Counted from the stretch's first letter, positions 1 through 9,377 are shown. The stretch: DNA of 64,000 nucleotides from Myxococcales bacterium (GCA_047601445.1 JASGJH010000001.1:4000001-4064000), one strand, 5' to 3'. Program-made: numbers and translations. The notes: generated by a model not told the origin, from the sequence alone.

Positions 1-1
1 G

Positions 2-124
2 ACCTGCGCCAAGGGCGCCCACTGCTTGGCCAAGTGCGATGGCCCGAGCTGCGAGTTGCCCTGCGAAGGCGCGCTGATGTCTTGCCCGGGCAACATCACC
101 ACCTGCGACCGCGCGTGCCCGTAA
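2..124 (+). CDS. 3' end of a Cys-rich (probably secreted/lipo)protein, partial at window edge
   Basis: Frame from nt 2 reads TCAKGAHCLAKCDGPSCELPCEGALMSCPGNITTCDRACP* with high GC3; stop TAA at 122-124. Confidence 0.7.
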   Translation, partial: TCAKGAHCLAKCDGPSCELPCEGALMSCPGNITTCDRACP

Positions 125-207
125 AACCTGACGACGTCCCGTAAACGTGCCCGTGCCCGTGGCCGCTGTGACTTCTGCGGTTCCTCGCTCCGCCAGGAAC
201 GCAACCC

Positions 208-1449
208 TCAGTCGAGCGCGCGTACCGTGCCGGCCTGCGACAACCACTCGCTGACTCGCTGAGCTGGGATCGTCGACCCGAAATCGAAGTCCCCGCCCCC
301 GAGGCGACGGATGGCGATCTGGCGTGAGGCCGCGTCGAAGATCACCAGGAAGGTGGCCGCTTCCAGGACAGGGCGCTCAAACGTCACGTCGCCTCCGCCC
401 GTGATGTCCTGGAACGAATAGAGTGTGGTGGTGGCCTCGAGTGAGGTGGTGACGCCGCCGAGGATCTCGGCCACGTCGAGCTCGCCGCAGCCGCCCTTGT
501 ACACGGGATCCGAGCCAGCCCCGCGGCAGTTGCACCCGTATTGCGAGCTGCGCAGCACCTGCGACGGCAAGATCCAGTACGCGGGTGTCTTGCTCCCGAT
601 GGGCATCCTGAACTTGGTGGCGAAGATCTTGCTGCCCTGGCTATCGCCCTGAAACCCGTGCAGCGGCAGCCCCGAACTCCATCCACAATCGCTCGCCGCG
701 TCCGAGCCCGAACACGCCTTACTCGACATCACGTGCACTTCCGTGCCCGCAGCGATGGATCCCGAGAACAACACGGGCTGCGCGGTCTCCTTGGTGCCAT
801 CGGCGGTCACGTAGCTCTGCACGAAGCCGCCACACTCGTACCAGGACTTGTTGCCCGTGAACGCGAGCCCCGAGCTCTGGCAGCGATCCCAGTAGGCCGT
901 ACGCTTCCAACTCGCGCTGTCCGGCGCATAGACCGCTACCTGGTAGAGCTCCACGGGTCCCGCGAACACCAGGCTCATTTCCTCGTTGAAGGGCGCGAGC
1001 GGTCCCTCCACGTGCTTGGGCTTGCGGTACGTATTCCTGCAAAGGCTGCCGTCCTTGTCGCCCACGCACCCGGTGGCCTTCGACCAACCCGTGACCACTT
1101 GCGCGTAGTCGCCGGCGGCGCCCACGTTGGTGTAGGTGAGCGCGGCCACGGCCTTTTTGCCCGTATTCGCCACGAACTTGTCCACGCCGAGTGGCCGGCT
1201 GCCCTGTTCACTCGCCTCGCACACCGGAAGCGCCGGGTCATCGCGGCCCGCGTCGTGCGCGACCGAATCAACGCCGCCAGCATCGTGCGCGCCCGGGTCC
1301 TGCATGCTCTCGGCGTCCGAAGCCGGATCGGACGGAGTGCCCGTGTCGTGACCTGCACCGACCCCCGCTTCGCCAGGCGACGCGGAGGGATCTCCCTGGC
1401 AGCCCACGAGCAAGGCGAACAGTGGCAGCACGACTCGTCGCGACGTCAT
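208..1449 (-). CDS. Lipoprotein with Tos1/YJL171C-like (DUF2403+DUF2401) GH16-like glycoside hydrolase domains
   Basis: Start MTSRRVVLPLFALLVGC (lipobox), DAG-rich linker, then GPLAPFNEEMSLVFAGPVELYQVAVY, KIFATKFRMP..PAYWILPSQVLRSSQYGCNC and GCGELDVAEIL, matching my recollection of fungal Tos1-family motifs; ExDxxE intact. Confidence 0.75.
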   Translation of the reverse strand: MTSRRVVLPLFALLVGCQGDPSASPGEAGVGAGHDTGTPSDPASDAESMQDPGAHDAGGVDSVAHDAGRDDPALPVCEASEQGSRPLGVDKFVANTGKKAVAALTYTNVGAAGDYAQVVTGWSKATGCVGDKDGSLCRNTYRKPKHVEGPLAPFNEEMSLVFAGPVELYQVAVYAPDSASWKRTAYWDRCQSSGLAFTGNKSWYECGGFVQSYVTADGTKETAQPVLFSGSIAAGTEVHVMSSKACSGSDAASDCGWSSGLPLHGFQGDSQGSKIFATKFRMPIGSKTPAYWILPSQVLRSSQYGCNCRGAGSDPVYKGGCGELDVAEILGGVTTSLEATTTLYSFQDITGGGDVTFERPVLEAATFLVIFDAASRQIAIRRLGGGDFDFGSTIPAQRVSEWLSQAGTVRALD

Positions 1450-1492
1450 CCGCCGGAGCTTACCTGAAACCGCGGGCGCGATGACACGCCCT

Positions 1493-3268
1493 TCAGCGCG
1501 GCCCCACTTCACCGGCCTGGATGCGCTGGAACAGCACCTGGTCGATTCGCACGTAGGTCTCACCGTCGAGGAAGAACAGGGGATCACTGACCTTGTTGGG
1601 GTCGAAGCCCTCGTCGCGATAGCCGAGCTTCTGATGCTTGAAGGTGCCCGTGATACGCATCTCCTGCTGCAGGCGCAGGAAGTACGGGCGCTGGTAGGCC
1701 GGCAGACGATCGACCACGTAGCGAGCGAACTCCCCGAGGTCGAGCTCCGGGTTCGCATTGATGCTGGCCATGCCGGCGCGGCCCTCGCTGCCAGGCACCG
1801 CCACGCCGTACACGTTGCTCTCGAGCACACCCTTGGCGCCGTTCAGCACCTCGGCCACCTCGTTGGTGGACACGTTCTCGCCCTTCCAGCGGAAGGTGTC
1901 GCCCACGCGGTCCGCGAAGGACACCCAGCCGTCCGCGTGACGCTCCAGCAGGTCGCCCGTGTTGAAGTAGGCGTCTCCCTGGCGGAACACGTTGCGCATG
2001 ACCTTCTTCTCGCTGGCGCTCCGATCCACGTAGCCGTCGAAGGCGATCAGCGGGCTGATGCGGCCGAGCAGAATGCCCTTCTGCCCCACGTCAACCTGTT
2101 CGCAGAAGCCCTGTGCGTTGCGGAACACCTCACCGCTCGCCTCGTCGCAGCGCGCCAGCACCTGCCCTGGATTCAGCCGCCCCAGCAGCCCCGGACGCCC
2201 CTCGAAGTTCACGATGGGCGCGTTGCTCTCAGTGGCCATGTAGAACTCGCGGAACAGGGGCATGTTGAAGCGACGCTGGAAGGCCTCCCAAACGTCCGTT
2301 CGCAAGCCGTTGCCCACCGCCACGCGCAAGCGGTGGCTGCGCTCGCGCGGATGCTTGGGCGCGTTGAGCAAGTAGCGACACAGCTCGCCGATGTACACGA
2401 AGATCGACGCGTCGTAGTTGTACACGTCCTCCCAGAACTGCGAGGCCGAGAAGCGGCGCCGCAGAGCGATGGCTGCACCGCTGCCCAGCGCCGAGCCGAA
2501 GCCGATGATGAACGCATTGGCGTGGTACAGCGGCAGCGTCACGTAGATCACGTCACGGGAGGTCGCTTCCATGCACGACGCGCCATAGAGATAGGCGCCG
2601 GACATGAAGCGCTTGTTGGTGACGATGGCAGCCTTGGGCAAGCCCGTGGTGCCGGACGTGTAGATGTAACACATCACATCCGAGGTATTCGGCAGCGTGA
2701 TGCGCGGAGGCCGCGCCCCGGACTGCTGCGCGACGGCCTCGTTGATGCGCTCGAAGTCGTGGGCAGGTTCCGCGCCCTTGTCGACCTGCATCCAAAGCCG
2801 GCCCTGCTGCGCGGCCAACGCGGAGCGCACGTCTTGCATCGCCTCCGCGTGCTCGGAACCGAACAGCACGGCCTTGGCCTTGCACACCGTGATCGCGTGC
2901 GTGAGCGCGATGCCCGAAGCATTCGTGTTGATCAGCGAGGCCACCGCGCACAGACGATTGAGCCCGAGCGCCGCGAACAGAAACTCCGGTCGGTTGTCCA
3001 TGAAGAGGGCGACAACGTCCTTGGAACCGATGCCTCTGCTCTGAAAGAAGCGCGCATACTGGTTCACGCGCAGGTCCAGATCGCGCCAGGTGTAGCGCTC
3101 GTCCAGGTACGCGAGCGCGAGGCCGTTGGGGTTCTCCGCCACGCGCTCGTCCAACAGGCGCGACGCGCTCCAGGGGCGGTTCGAGACGAAGCGAGGCAGA
3201 CGCCTGCCCGTGCGTGAAAGGGACCACAGCTCGAATGCCGTCGACTTGGCTTGCTCTAGCCTGCTCAT
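1493..3268 (-). CDS. Long-chain acyl-CoA synthetase (FATP/FadD6-like)
   Basis: YIYTSGTTGLPKAA AMP-binding motif, YFNTGDL, DRVGDTFRWKGENVSTNEV FATP signature; GGAG RBS before ATG at 3268. Confidence 0.93.
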   Translation of the reverse strand: MSRLEQAKSTAFELWSLSRTGRRLPRFVSNRPWSASRLLDERVAENPNGLALAYLDERYTWRDLDLRVNQYARFFQSRGIGSKDVVALFMDNRPEFLFAALGLNRLCAVASLINTNASGIALTHAITVCKAKAVLFGSEHAEAMQDVRSALAAQQGRLWMQVDKGAEPAHDFERINEAVAQQSGARPPRITLPNTSDVMCYIYTSGTTGLPKAAIVTNKRFMSGAYLYGASCMEATSRDVIYVTLPLYHANAFIIGFGSALGSGAAIALRRRFSASQFWEDVYNYDASIFVYIGELCRYLLNAPKHPRERSHRLRVAVGNGLRTDVWEAFQRRFNMPLFREFYMATESNAPIVNFEGRPGLLGRLNPGQVLARCDEASGEVFRNAQGFCEQVDVGQKGILLGRISPLIAFDGYVDRSASEKKVMRNVFRQGDAYFNTGDLLERHADGWVSFADRVGDTFRWKGENVSTNEVAEVLNGAKGVLESNVYGVAVPGSEGRAGMASINANPELDLGEFARYVVDRLPAYQRPYFLRLQQEMRITGTFKHQKLGYRDEGFDPNKVSDPLFFLDGETYVRIDQVLFQRIQAGEVGPR

Positions 3269-3396
3269 TTTGACGATGTCTCCTTGGAAACCCCGGGCCA
3301 GCCCGTAGAGCCCATGCAAAAGCGACCGAGGTGGACCTTCCCCACCCCGGCCAAAAATCAGTTAACGCACCGAAATCACTTCGATTACACAAAATG

Positions 3397-3447
3397 TGAT
3401 GTCGGACGTCGTCAGTTTCTTTTACAATCTGACGACAGGTGTCGTCA
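3397..3447. promoter_or_regulatory. Two related 18-bp palindromic operators (candidate TetR sites) in the divergent promoter
   Basis: TGACGACA-GG-TGTCGTCA (3430-3447, perfect 8-2-8) and TGATGTCG-GA-CGTCGTCA (3397-3414) between the acyl-CoA synthetase and TetR genes. Confidence 0.65.
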
Positions 3448-3448
3448 A

Positions 3449-4108
3449 TTGCCAATCAGTGACCGCGAAGGCCGCGAACGCGTCTACGGGGGCCAGACCC
3501 AGGCCGAGCGCCAGGCCAAACGCCAACGCCAGTTCTTGGAAGCCGGGCTTCAGGTCTTCGGCACGGCCGGCTACCGAGAGGCCACGGTGCGCCAGCTCTG
3601 TAGACAGGCGCAGCTCACGGACCGCTACTTCTACGAGGCCTTCGGCAGCACCGAGGATCTTCTGGTGGCGGTCTACCTCGAGTGCATTCGAGGGCTGCGC
3701 GACCGCGTGATCCGGCGCGTGCTCGAGGCCGACGCCAAACACCCGGAGCAGCTCGTGCGCGGCGCCCTCGATGGCTTCTTCGAGGCTGTGCAGGACGCAA
3801 GGCTCGCGCGCGTGGTCTGGCTCGAGGTGCGCGGCGTGAGCCCGCGCGTGGACCAGATCTATACGGGCAGCCAGCGCGAGTTCGCCAAGCTCCTGATCCA
3901 ACTCGCCCAGCGCATGCATCCGCAGCTCGACGAGACCAACCCCTTGCACCGCATGACCACCATCGGCCTGATCGGCGCCCTGAGCGAGTCGGCGCGTCAG
4001 TGGATGCTCCGCGAGTACCACGAGCCGCGCGAGCTGATGGTAGAAGCAGCAGCCACCATCCTGCTCGCGGTGAGCGATGGCTGGGCCCGCAAAGGCGGCG
4101 ACATGTAG
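3449..4108 (+). CDS. TetR/AcrR family transcriptional regulator
   Basis: RVYGG..ERQAKRQRQFLEAGLQVFGTAGYREATVRQLCRQAQLTDRYFYEAF TetR HTH; start uncertain (TTG 3449). Confidence 0.9.
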   Translation: MPISDREGRERVYGGQTQAERQAKRQRQFLEAGLQVFGTAGYREATVRQLCRQAQLTDRYFYEAFGSTEDLLVAVYLECIRGLRDRVIRRVLEADAKHPEQLVRGALDGFFEAVQDARLARVVWLEVRGVSPRVDQIYTGSQREFAKLLIQLAQRMHPQLDETNPLHRMTTIGLIGALSESARQWMLREYHEPRELMVEAAATILLAVSDGWARKGGDM

Positions 4109-4168
4109 CCTCGGCGTCTGCTTTTCGGCGCCAGTGCCGCCAGCGCTGCCGGTGGTGGATCTTCCCCG

Positions 4169-4360
4169 ATGGGCAACTCACTCGAAGGACGCGTAGCGCA
4201 GCGCACGCTCGACGTGAACCTGACGGCAGGGCGCGTGGGCCGCCCGGAAGACGTGGCCGAGCTCGCCCTGTATCTAGCCTCGGATCAAGCCGAATTCATG
4301 ACCGGACAAGTGTTGATCCTCGACGGCGGCATGACGCGCAAGATGGTCTACGCCGAGTAG
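4169..4360 (+). pseudogene. Internally deleted short-chain dehydrogenase/reductase remnant
   Basis: 63 aa made of SDR N-terminus (LEGRVA), a mid segment (QRTLDVNLT) and C-terminus ([30 protein letters not shown]); no TGxxxGxG or YxxxK. Confidence 0.75.
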
Positions 4361-4411
4361 CCTCGAGTTCGGGCTTCACCTTTCCCCTGCGGCGACATAG
4401 AGTCGCGCCTC

Positions 4412-5716
4412 GTGGCTGCTCTCCGGCACTGGTGTTTGATCGCGACCGTAGGCAGCGCGGGCGGTCTCCTCGGCTGCATCGACACGGTGAGCCTCGGCAG
4501 CGAGTGTCTGCCCTTGATGCCTGGCTGCACGCGCGACGAACAGCCGGGAGAAGTTTTCGACGCCGGCCCTGGTCAGCCTCGCACCGACGCGGGCATGCCG
4601 CCGCAACAGGACGCGGGCTGGCCGTGCATCGCGCCGAGCCTCGGTGGTTCGGACTGTTCCTGCGTGGCGCAGTTGCCCGCCCCGAACGCGCAGTTTTCGT
4701 TCGATGAGAACGCGGGGCTGATGGTCCATGACACGGTGGGCGACGGCCCCTCGGCGAGCCTGGAGAATTTCGTGATGTCCCCGTGGGGCGCGGGACGCCT
4801 GGCGAGCGCCCTGGTGCTCGATGGCATGGACGATGGCGTGGAAGTCGGGAGCCTGTCACGACCCGCGCGCACGCTCGCGATGTGGATCAAACCCACGAGC
4901 ACCTATGTGGTCACCACCGAGTCCTCGGTCCTCATGGCCAGTGACCACGGCCCCATCGACGACTGGACCAATCCCGAGAAGGCCTACGCCGACGACGACG
5001 ACTCGGCCTGGGCGGCCGGTTTGTTGAACGTGTCCCGCCAGCAGCACTGGGGCGGCTTTCATCTGGATCGCGAGGTGCCCGCGGGCGCGCAAATCGTGGG
5101 CATCGACGTGTTCGTCGACACCGCCAGCTTAGGCCTCTTGGGATACTTCAGCGTGGAGCTGTCCTGGGACGGCGGCCTCTCTCACACCGATGCGAAGTAC
5201 GGCTGGGCGCAGCTGGTGGCAGGGTCGGGCCCCCAGCACGCCGGCGGCGTCGACAAGCTGTGGGGCCGCAACTGGAGCTCCTCCGAGCTCAGCGACACGA
5301 ACTTCCGTGTGCGCGCGTCCTTCGGCGGCATCGTCAACACCATGTTCGTCGACTACCTCGCGGTGCAGGTCCACTACGCACCCTTCCCAGAACCGCGAGA
5401 GATCTTGGGGCTCGCCAATCCCGCTCGGCTCACCTTCGCCAACCAGGGCCTAGCGCAGGTCAGCACGCACGAGCTGCCCGGCGCCACGGCCTTCGTGAAC
5501 GGTGTGGCAGGCGGCACCCTGACGCGGGACTGGAACCACGTGGCGCTGGTCTCGGCGGAGCCTCTGCCGACGGAAAGACTGCAGCTCGGGCACGAGAGCG
5601 AAGCGCGCACGGGGTTCGCCTTCCAGGGCAGCCTCGACGAAGCGGTCCTGTTCGAAGACGCGCTGGCGCCGGCGCAGATCGAGGCCTTGGCGCGGGCTCC
5701 GGAGTGCCTGCCCTGA
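4412..5716 (+). CDS. Lipoprotein with LamG/concanavalin-like domain interrupted by an inserted beta-rich domain
   Basis: Lipobox LLGC; FSFDENAG, ALVLDGMDD, TLAMWIKP ... WNHVALV, FQGSLDEAVLFEDALAPAQI LamG motifs. Confidence 0.75.
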   Translation: MAALRHWCLIATVGSAGGLLGCIDTVSLGSECLPLMPGCTRDEQPGEVFDAGPGQPRTDAGMPPQQDAGWPCIAPSLGGSDCSCVAQLPAPNAQFSFDENAGLMVHDTVGDGPSASLENFVMSPWGAGRLASALVLDGMDDGVEVGSLSRPARTLAMWIKPTSTYVVTTESSVLMASDHGPIDDWTNPEKAYADDDDSAWAAGLLNVSRQQHWGGFHLDREVPAGAQIVGIDVFVDTASLGLLGYFSVELSWDGGLSHTDAKYGWAQLVAGSGPQHAGGVDKLWGRNWSSSELSDTNFRVRASFGGIVNTMFVDYLAVQVHYAPFPEPREILGLANPARLTFANQGLAQVSTHELPGATAFVNGVAGGTLTRDWNHVALVSAEPLPTERLQLGHESEARTGFAFQGSLDEAVLFEDALAPAQIEALARAPECLP

Positions 5717-5739
5717 AGCGCGCAGCCCCCCAAAGAGCA

Positions 5740-5763
5740 AACTAGTTGACTAGGAAACTAGTT
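5740..5763. promoter_or_regulatory. Palindromic operator (candidate MarR site)
   Basis: AACTAGTT-GACTAGGA-AACTAGTT, AT-rich, upstream of the DUF1398-MarR operon. Confidence 0.65.
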
Positions 5764-5843
5764 GCCTTACTCTGAGAACGCGGAGCCGCAGCAGGGATCG
5801 TCCTGAGTGCAGTTCCGGTGCCGATTCGCAGGAGCACAGCGAC

Positions 5844-6257
5844 ATGGACGCACAACGCATCGCCATCGCGGAGGAGTGCCTCGCGGCCTCCTACGCCGCG
5901 ACCAAGGACTTCCCCAGCATCGTGCGCTCGTTGATCGGTGCAGGCTTCGAGGGCTACACGGTGGACTTCAGGCGCGGCACGGTCACCTACTACTTGCCCA
6001 GCGGCGACAGCGTAGAGCTCGCCTCGCCTCGGGGCTCGAGCCACGCCGAAAGCAAGGTCGCCGCGGAGTTCAAGGCCGGCGTCGTCGAAGGAGCCGTGCG
6101 CGAGGCCCAGACCAACGCTCCCGGCTACACGTACCAGGGCTTTTGCGAGAAGGTGAAGGCCGCAGGCTGTGCCGGTTACCTGGTGTCGTTTCTCGGCAAG
6201 CGCGTGGTGTACTTCGGTCGCAGCGCCGAGACCCACGTCGAGCACTTTCCCCAGTGA
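5844..6257 (+). CDS. DUF1398 (YbcV-like) family protein
   Basis: FPSIVRSLIGAGFEGYTVDF, TYQGFCEKVKAAGCAGYLVSFLGKRVVYFGR..HVEHFP; AGGAG RBS. Confidence 0.85.
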   Translation: MDAQRIAIAEECLAASYAATKDFPSIVRSLIGAGFEGYTVDFRRGTVTYYLPSGDSVELASPRGSSHAESKVAAEFKAGVVEGAVREAQTNAPGYTYQGFCEKVKAAGCAGYLVSFLGKRVVYFGRSAETHVEHFPQ

Positions 6258-6745
6258 AGCGCCCGGGTCGCAAGGGCGAAACCACACCAGCCGACCACAC
6301 CGCGAGCGACCTCGAAGCGCACCTCGGCTATTGGCTTCGCTTCGTGTCGAACCACGTGTCCCATGGCTTCAAGGCCAAGGTCGAGGCCCACGGCGTCACG
6401 GTGGCCGAGTGGGTGGTGCTGCGTGCGCTGCTCGACGTGGAAGGCATCACACCGAGCGAGTTGGCCGACAAAATCGGCCTTACACGCGGGGCCATCTCCA
6501 AGCTCGTCGATCGCCTGTCCGAAAAACGTTTGGTGCTTTGTCGGGCCAACAAGGCAGACCGGCGCTCCCAAATCGTGTCGCTCGCCGAAGCGGGCCGGAA
6601 GCTCGTGCCGACCCTCGCGAAGCTGGCGGACGAGAACGACGCCGAGATGTTCGGACACCTCGACGACCACGACCGCTTCATGCTGCTCTCACTGCTCAAG
6701 CGAATGGTCGAGCACCACGAGCTCAAGGCCGTGCCGGTGGACTAA
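6254..6745 (+). CDS. MarR family transcriptional regulator
   Basis: LGYWLRFVSNHVS..GVTVAEWVVL..PSELADKIGLTRGAISKLVDRL..DRRSQIVSL; GTGA overlap with upstream stop. Confidence 0.92.
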   Translation: MKRPGRKGETTPADHTASDLEAHLGYWLRFVSNHVSHGFKAKVEAHGVTVAEWVVLRALLDVEGITPSELADKIGLTRGAISKLVDRLSEKRLVLCRANKADRRSQIVSLAEAGRKLVPTLAKLADENDAEMFGHLDDHDRFMLLSLLKRMVEHHELKAVPVD

Positions 6746-6902
6746 CGCCCACAGGAATGAGGGACAACCCAGCGCATTCGGGGTGAATCACTCCCCTTCG
6801 CGATTGACTAGTTCCGCCTTCCGGCCCCAAGTCAGAATCTGTTCTACTGGCACAGCGATCGGCGGCCGCCGGACCAGCTGGGCGCGGACGGACCCGACCA
6901 CG

Positions 6903-8282
6903 ATGGAATCCCCCCAGCCGCCAGAGTGCACGGAGCGACGCGAGGGCGCATCGGAAGAGTCACCTGCGCTCGGCCCGAGCCCAGAGCAGCGGCCCGCGAC
7001 CGCGTTCGAACAAGGCAGCTGGTACTTCGAGCGAAGGCTCACACAAACCGGCCCCTGCACACTTGCCACACTGCAGGAGCTCGCCGGCCTGGGCGCGCTG
7101 TCACCGGACGATCGGGTGCGCGAGGGCAGCGAGGGCGAGTGGATGCGGGCCGACTCTGTGAGCGAACTCGAGGGGCGGTTCGTGCGCTCGCAGCCCCCCG
7201 CGGCGTCCCGAGCATGGCACGCCCAGGTGGGTCCCACGTGGGTGGCGCTCACGGGCGCGCTGGTGCTGATGGTCTTCGAGCTGGTGCCCACGCCTACCAA
7301 TGGGCTCCTGCGCACGCGCCTGCAAGTCTTCGGTAGCTTCGGTTGCCTGCTGGCCGGCCTGTGGGCGCTGCCGTGGCTGTGGCGCCGACGGCGACGCCAT
7401 CTCGCGGAGACCTGTCTGCGCATCGCGGCGCTCGGCCTGGCCTTCCTGGTGCTCGTGCTCTGCGCCTCCTACGTCTCCAACGGTCGCGATCAGCTCAAGG
7501 TCGCGGTGGGTTCCGATCCCTTTGGCGACTACCAGCTCGCACTCCTGCCGGGAGGACGTGAGCTCGAGCTCAGCGGGTCCTTCGGCGCCGGCATCGCTGC
7601 CGCGGTGATCGAGTTGCTCGATCAGCACCCCGAGGTGCGCGTGCTTCACCTCAACAGTCCAGGTGGCTGGGTCGCCGAAGGCGTGCAGCTGAGCGAAGCC
7701 ATCCGTACGCGCGGCCTGGACACGTACTCCGCTACCGGCTGCTACAGCGCATGCGTATTGGCGTTCGGAGCGGGCAAGCACCGCAGCATTCAGCGCGAGG
7801 CCCGCCTGGGACTCCACTCGGCCTGGGCAACCCACGCCGACCCGGTGTACTCGCTCAACGCCAACGAGAACATGAAGCGCGAGCTGCTGAAGCTGGGGGC
7901 CTCCATCAAGCTGGTGGATCAAGCCATCAGCATCTCCCACGAGAACATGTGGTTCCCATTGAACCCCTACGCCATCTCGGAGGGGCTTCTCGACGCCGAA
8001 GTCGACGGCCTCGGATTCGCGACCTCCGGCGAAAGCAACGAGCGCATCGCCCAGCGCATCCAGGGCATCCAGGCCAAGCTCGCCTCCCTGAAGATCGACG
8101 AGCGCTCGGCGGAGCAGAAGCAGCGCCTCCATCGCTCCCTACTGCTCGCCTATGCGCGCGGTGCCCTGCCCTGGGAGATCGACGCGCTACTCGCCGACTA
8201 CGCGCTTGGCTCGCCGGCCGAGCGGCATCCCGTGGTAGTCCCCGCATCGACGACCGACGTGCTCGAGGAGAACGAACCATGA
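6903..8282 (+). CDS. GYF_2 (DUF4339) membrane protein with ClpP/crotonase-like periplasmic domain
   Basis: WYF..GPCTLATLQELAGLGALSPDDRV..EW GYF_2-like; about 3 TM; LHLNSPGG, CYSACVLAF, LGLH. Confidence 0.7.
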   Translation: MESPQPPECTERREGASEESPALGPSPEQRPATAFEQGSWYFERRLTQTGPCTLATLQELAGLGALSPDDRVREGSEGEWMRADSVSELEGRFVRSQPPAASRAWHAQVGPTWVALTGALVLMVFELVPTPTNGLLRTRLQVFGSFGCLLAGLWALPWLWRRRRRHLAETCLRIAALGLAFLVLVLCASYVSNGRDQLKVAVGSDPFGDYQLALLPGGRELELSGSFGAGIAAAVIELLDQHPEVRVLHLNSPGGWVAEGVQLSEAIRTRGLDTYSATGCYSACVLAFGAGKHRSIQREARLGLHSAWATHADPVYSLNANENMKRELLKLGASIKLVDQAISISHENMWFPLNPYAISEGLLDAEVDGLGFATSGESNERIAQRIQGIQAKLASLKIDERSAEQKQRLHRSLLLAYARGALPWEIDALLADYALGSPAERHPVVVPASTTDVLEENEP

Positions 8283-9370
8283 CTTGGTATGCACAGAAGG
8301 GCGATCGCGAGCTGGGGCCCATGACCATCGAAGCGCTGAAAGCCCTGGTGGCCTCGGGCGAGCTCGCCGCGTCGGCGCCGGTGAGGAAGTCCGAGGAAGG
8401 CACCTGGAGCAGCACGGCCCAGGCGGTCCTCGCGAGCTCGGGCTCCACACCCATCTCCGTCGTACGGCAGTCCGTCGAGCTCGCAGGTCCCTGGGCGCGC
8501 TACTTCGCCCGCATGATGGACATGCTCGTGGGCGTGTTCTTGATCTCCTTCCTGCTCGGCGCCATCGCGCCCAGCATGTTCCAGCCTGACGCGTTCTTCG
8601 GCGGGCAAAGCGGCGGCCAGCGCCTGTTTCTGTTGATCATGCCACTCGTGATGGTGGTGGAGGCCGGCCTCTACGCGCTCTTCGGCACCACGCCCGGAAA
8701 GGCATTGGTGGGCCTGCAGCTGCGCGGCGCCCAGGGCCGCATTCCTTTCCTCACCTACCTGCGTCGCAACGCCAGTATCTGGTGGTTCGGTCTGGGCACC
8801 GGCTTTCCACTCGCGTCGCTGATCACGCTCGCGATTGCGCACAAGAAAGCGAAGAACGGCGAACCCATGCGCTGGGACGTCAAGCTCGGCACCAGCGTGG
8901 TGCGCACGTCGACGAGCCTGTGGCGGCCTGCGCTGGCTGGGATGCTCTTCCTGGCACTCTCGGCCTACGGCGCCTGGACTAGCTTCCAGGAGAAGATGGC
9001 TCGCCTCAATCCCACCAGTGCGCCGGTCGATCCGCTTCAACCCCTGCGCAGCATCGCGGCCGAGGTCAACAAGCTCGCTCCCCTGATGGTGGATCCCGAG
9101 ACCCGTCTCGACGGCTGCGAAGCCAGTGCGGGTCCTATCTTCAAGTACAAGTACACCGTGCTGAGCATGACCGCGGGTCAGGTGAACACAGAGACCTTCG
9201 ACGGCATCCTACGCAACCAGCTGCTGCCCACCGTCTGCGGCAACGATCTCAAGCCCGTGCGCGACCTTGGCGCGACCATCATCTACGAGTATGCCGACAA
9301 GCAGGGCGCCCCGCTCACGAGCATCACGTTTCCTCCCTCGGACTGCGCGGCCGTCGCCTCGGGCAAGTAG
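8279..9370 (+). CDS. GYF_2 domain RDD family membrane protein
   Basis: WYAQKGDRELGPMTIEALKALV; AGPWARYFARMMD and GTTPGKALVGL RDD motifs; ATGA overlap with upstream gene. Confidence 0.85.
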   Translation: MTWYAQKGDRELGPMTIEALKALVASGELAASAPVRKSEEGTWSSTAQAVLASSGSTPISVVRQSVELAGPWARYFARMMDMLVGVFLISFLLGAIAPSMFQPDAFFGGQSGGQRLFLLIMPLVMVVEAGLYALFGTTPGKALVGLQLRGAQGRIPFLTYLRRNASIWWFGLGTGFPLASLITLAIAHKKAKNGEPMRWDVKLGTSVVRTSTSLWRPALAGMLFLALSAYGAWTSFQEKMARLNPTSAPVDPLQPLRSIAAEVNKLAPLMVDPETRLDGCEASAGPIFKYKYTVLSMTAGQVNTETFDGILRNQLLPTVCGNDLKPVRDLGATIIYEYADKQGAPLTSITFPPSDCAAVASGK

Positions 9371-9377
9371 CGCCTAC

